From contig OZ250153.1 in NCBI GenBank assembly GCA_965237805.1, positions 800,001-864,000 of the forward strand: a stretch of DNA of 64,000 nucleotides, given 5' to 3'. A program made the translations under genes and the position numbers. The notes under the pieces are model-generated. The model saw nothing but the letters and a program-made list of their open reading frames with translations. It was not told the DNA's origin and searched no databases. This stretch comes from Gammaproteobacteria bacterium (lineage in GTDB: Bacteria > Pseudomonadota > Gammaproteobacteria > JABABF01). Shown in pieces: positions 63,124 to 64,000 of the stretch. Position 1 is the stretch's first letter; each line of letters begins with the position of its first letter.

Positions 63124-63999
63124 CTAGCGAGCAGTGTCTCGCGCCACCGCCTCGGCAACGCTGCCCCAATCGCCCTGCCGATAATCGCCATAACCATATA
63201 GCGCCGTGGTTTTGATCTGGGCGTAGGCGGCGAGTCCCGGTCGCAACGCCAGTGCCTCCTCAGATTTGCGGCTCAGGTGCGCCAGCAGATACTGCTCCCC
63301 CAAGCGCAGGCGCAACAATACCATGCCGCGCTCCAGCGACCGTCGGTCGAGTACCGTGACCGGCAAGACATTGAGCACACTGGTGGCACGTGGTGGCTCC
63401 AAGCACAGGCTCACATCGCGCGCCGGGATGCGCAAACGCAACGTGTGCCCCGGTGTCTCGGGCAGGCGTGCGAGCCACAGCACATGGCCCTCCACCTGCA
63501 ATTCGCTCAGCAGGAAATGGTCGTCATGCCGCAACAGCTGAGCCTCCAATACCGCAGCGGTATCCTCGACCGGTACCAGCGGAGTGTCGAGCCGGACACT
63601 CTGCGCAGCCAAGTCCCCCGCCGCCAGCGTCACGCCCGCACGCATCGGGATCACCCGATCCACCATCTGCATCAGCTCCTCAAAGCGATGACTGACCAAC
63701 AGTACCGGCACCCTCGTCGCCCGCTGCCAGTGACAGAGATAGGCTGCAACGCGGCTGGCCCAAGCAGCATCCAAGCCCGTCAGCGGCTCGTCCAGCAACA
63801 ACAGCCGAGGGTTGCCGCACAGCGCCCGCGCCAAGGCCACCCGCCGCTGCTCGCCGCCCGACAACTGCCACACCGAGCGGGACAACAGCGGCTCCAGCCC
63901 TAAGACCGAAATGATTTCCTCCGCTAGCGGCCCATCTCCTCGACGCCCGCGCTTGCGCGCGAAGCACAGATTGCCATCGACGCTGAGCCAAGGGAACAA
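63124..63999 (-). CDS. modC: Molybdate ABC transporter ATP-binding protein (5' truncated by window edge)
   Basis: LSGGEQRRVALARAL, LLLLDEP, VSH, C-terminal TOBE/Mop region (ARDVSL..TSVLNVL..AQIK). Confidence 0.9.
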   Translation of the reverse strand: MFPWLSVDGNLCFARKRGRRGDGPLAEEIISVLGLEPLLSRSVWQLSGGEQRRVALARALCGNPRLLLLDEPLTGLDAAWASRVAAYLCHWQRATRVPVLLVSHRFEELMQMVDRVIPMRAGVTLAAGDLAAQSVRLDTPLVPVEDTAAVLEAQLLRHDDHFLLSELQVEGHVLWLARLPETPGHTLRLRIPARDVSLCLEPPRATSVLNVLPVTVLDRRSLERGMVLLRLRLGEQYLLAHLSRKSEEALALRPGLAAYAQIKTTALYGYGDYRQGDWGSVAEAVARDTAR

Positions 64000-64000
64000 C

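Overview
GC-rich gammaproteobacterial chromosome segment, mostly core genes in Pseudomonas-like order: prfA-hemA / TPR-lolB-ispE-tRNA-Gln-prs-rplY-pth-ychF; dapE-dapD-nth-map / rpsB-tsf-frr-uppS-cdsA-dxr-rseP-bamA-skp-lpxD-fabZ-lpxA-lpxB-rnhB-dnaE-accA-tilS-pyrG-kdsA-eno-ftsB-ispD-ispF-pcm; gltB-gltD-hemE; partial modC. Accessory material: (i) at least three tandem KshA/Neverland-type Rieske oxygenases at the left edge; (ii) three glycosyltransferases where prmC usually lies; (iii) a decayed sulfotransferase between ispE and tRNA-Gln; (iv) a MaoC dehydratase plus thiolase between eno and ftsB; (v) a plasticity region after pcm with an ispD relic and a ~5.4-kb gene, split by three +1 frameshifts, for a secreted protein with nine four-cysteine CARDB-like repeats and two cadherin-like pairs; (vi) a 36-aa lipoprotein ORF between gltB and gltD. 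pyrH, prmC, glnD/dapC, truD/surE and nlpD/rpoS are missing from their usual positions. This content suggests a host-associated (e.g. sponge-symbiont-like) lineage, which is inference only. No CRISPR array, rRNA, integrase or transposase was seen. All calls come from motif and synteny recognition by eye; no searches were run.
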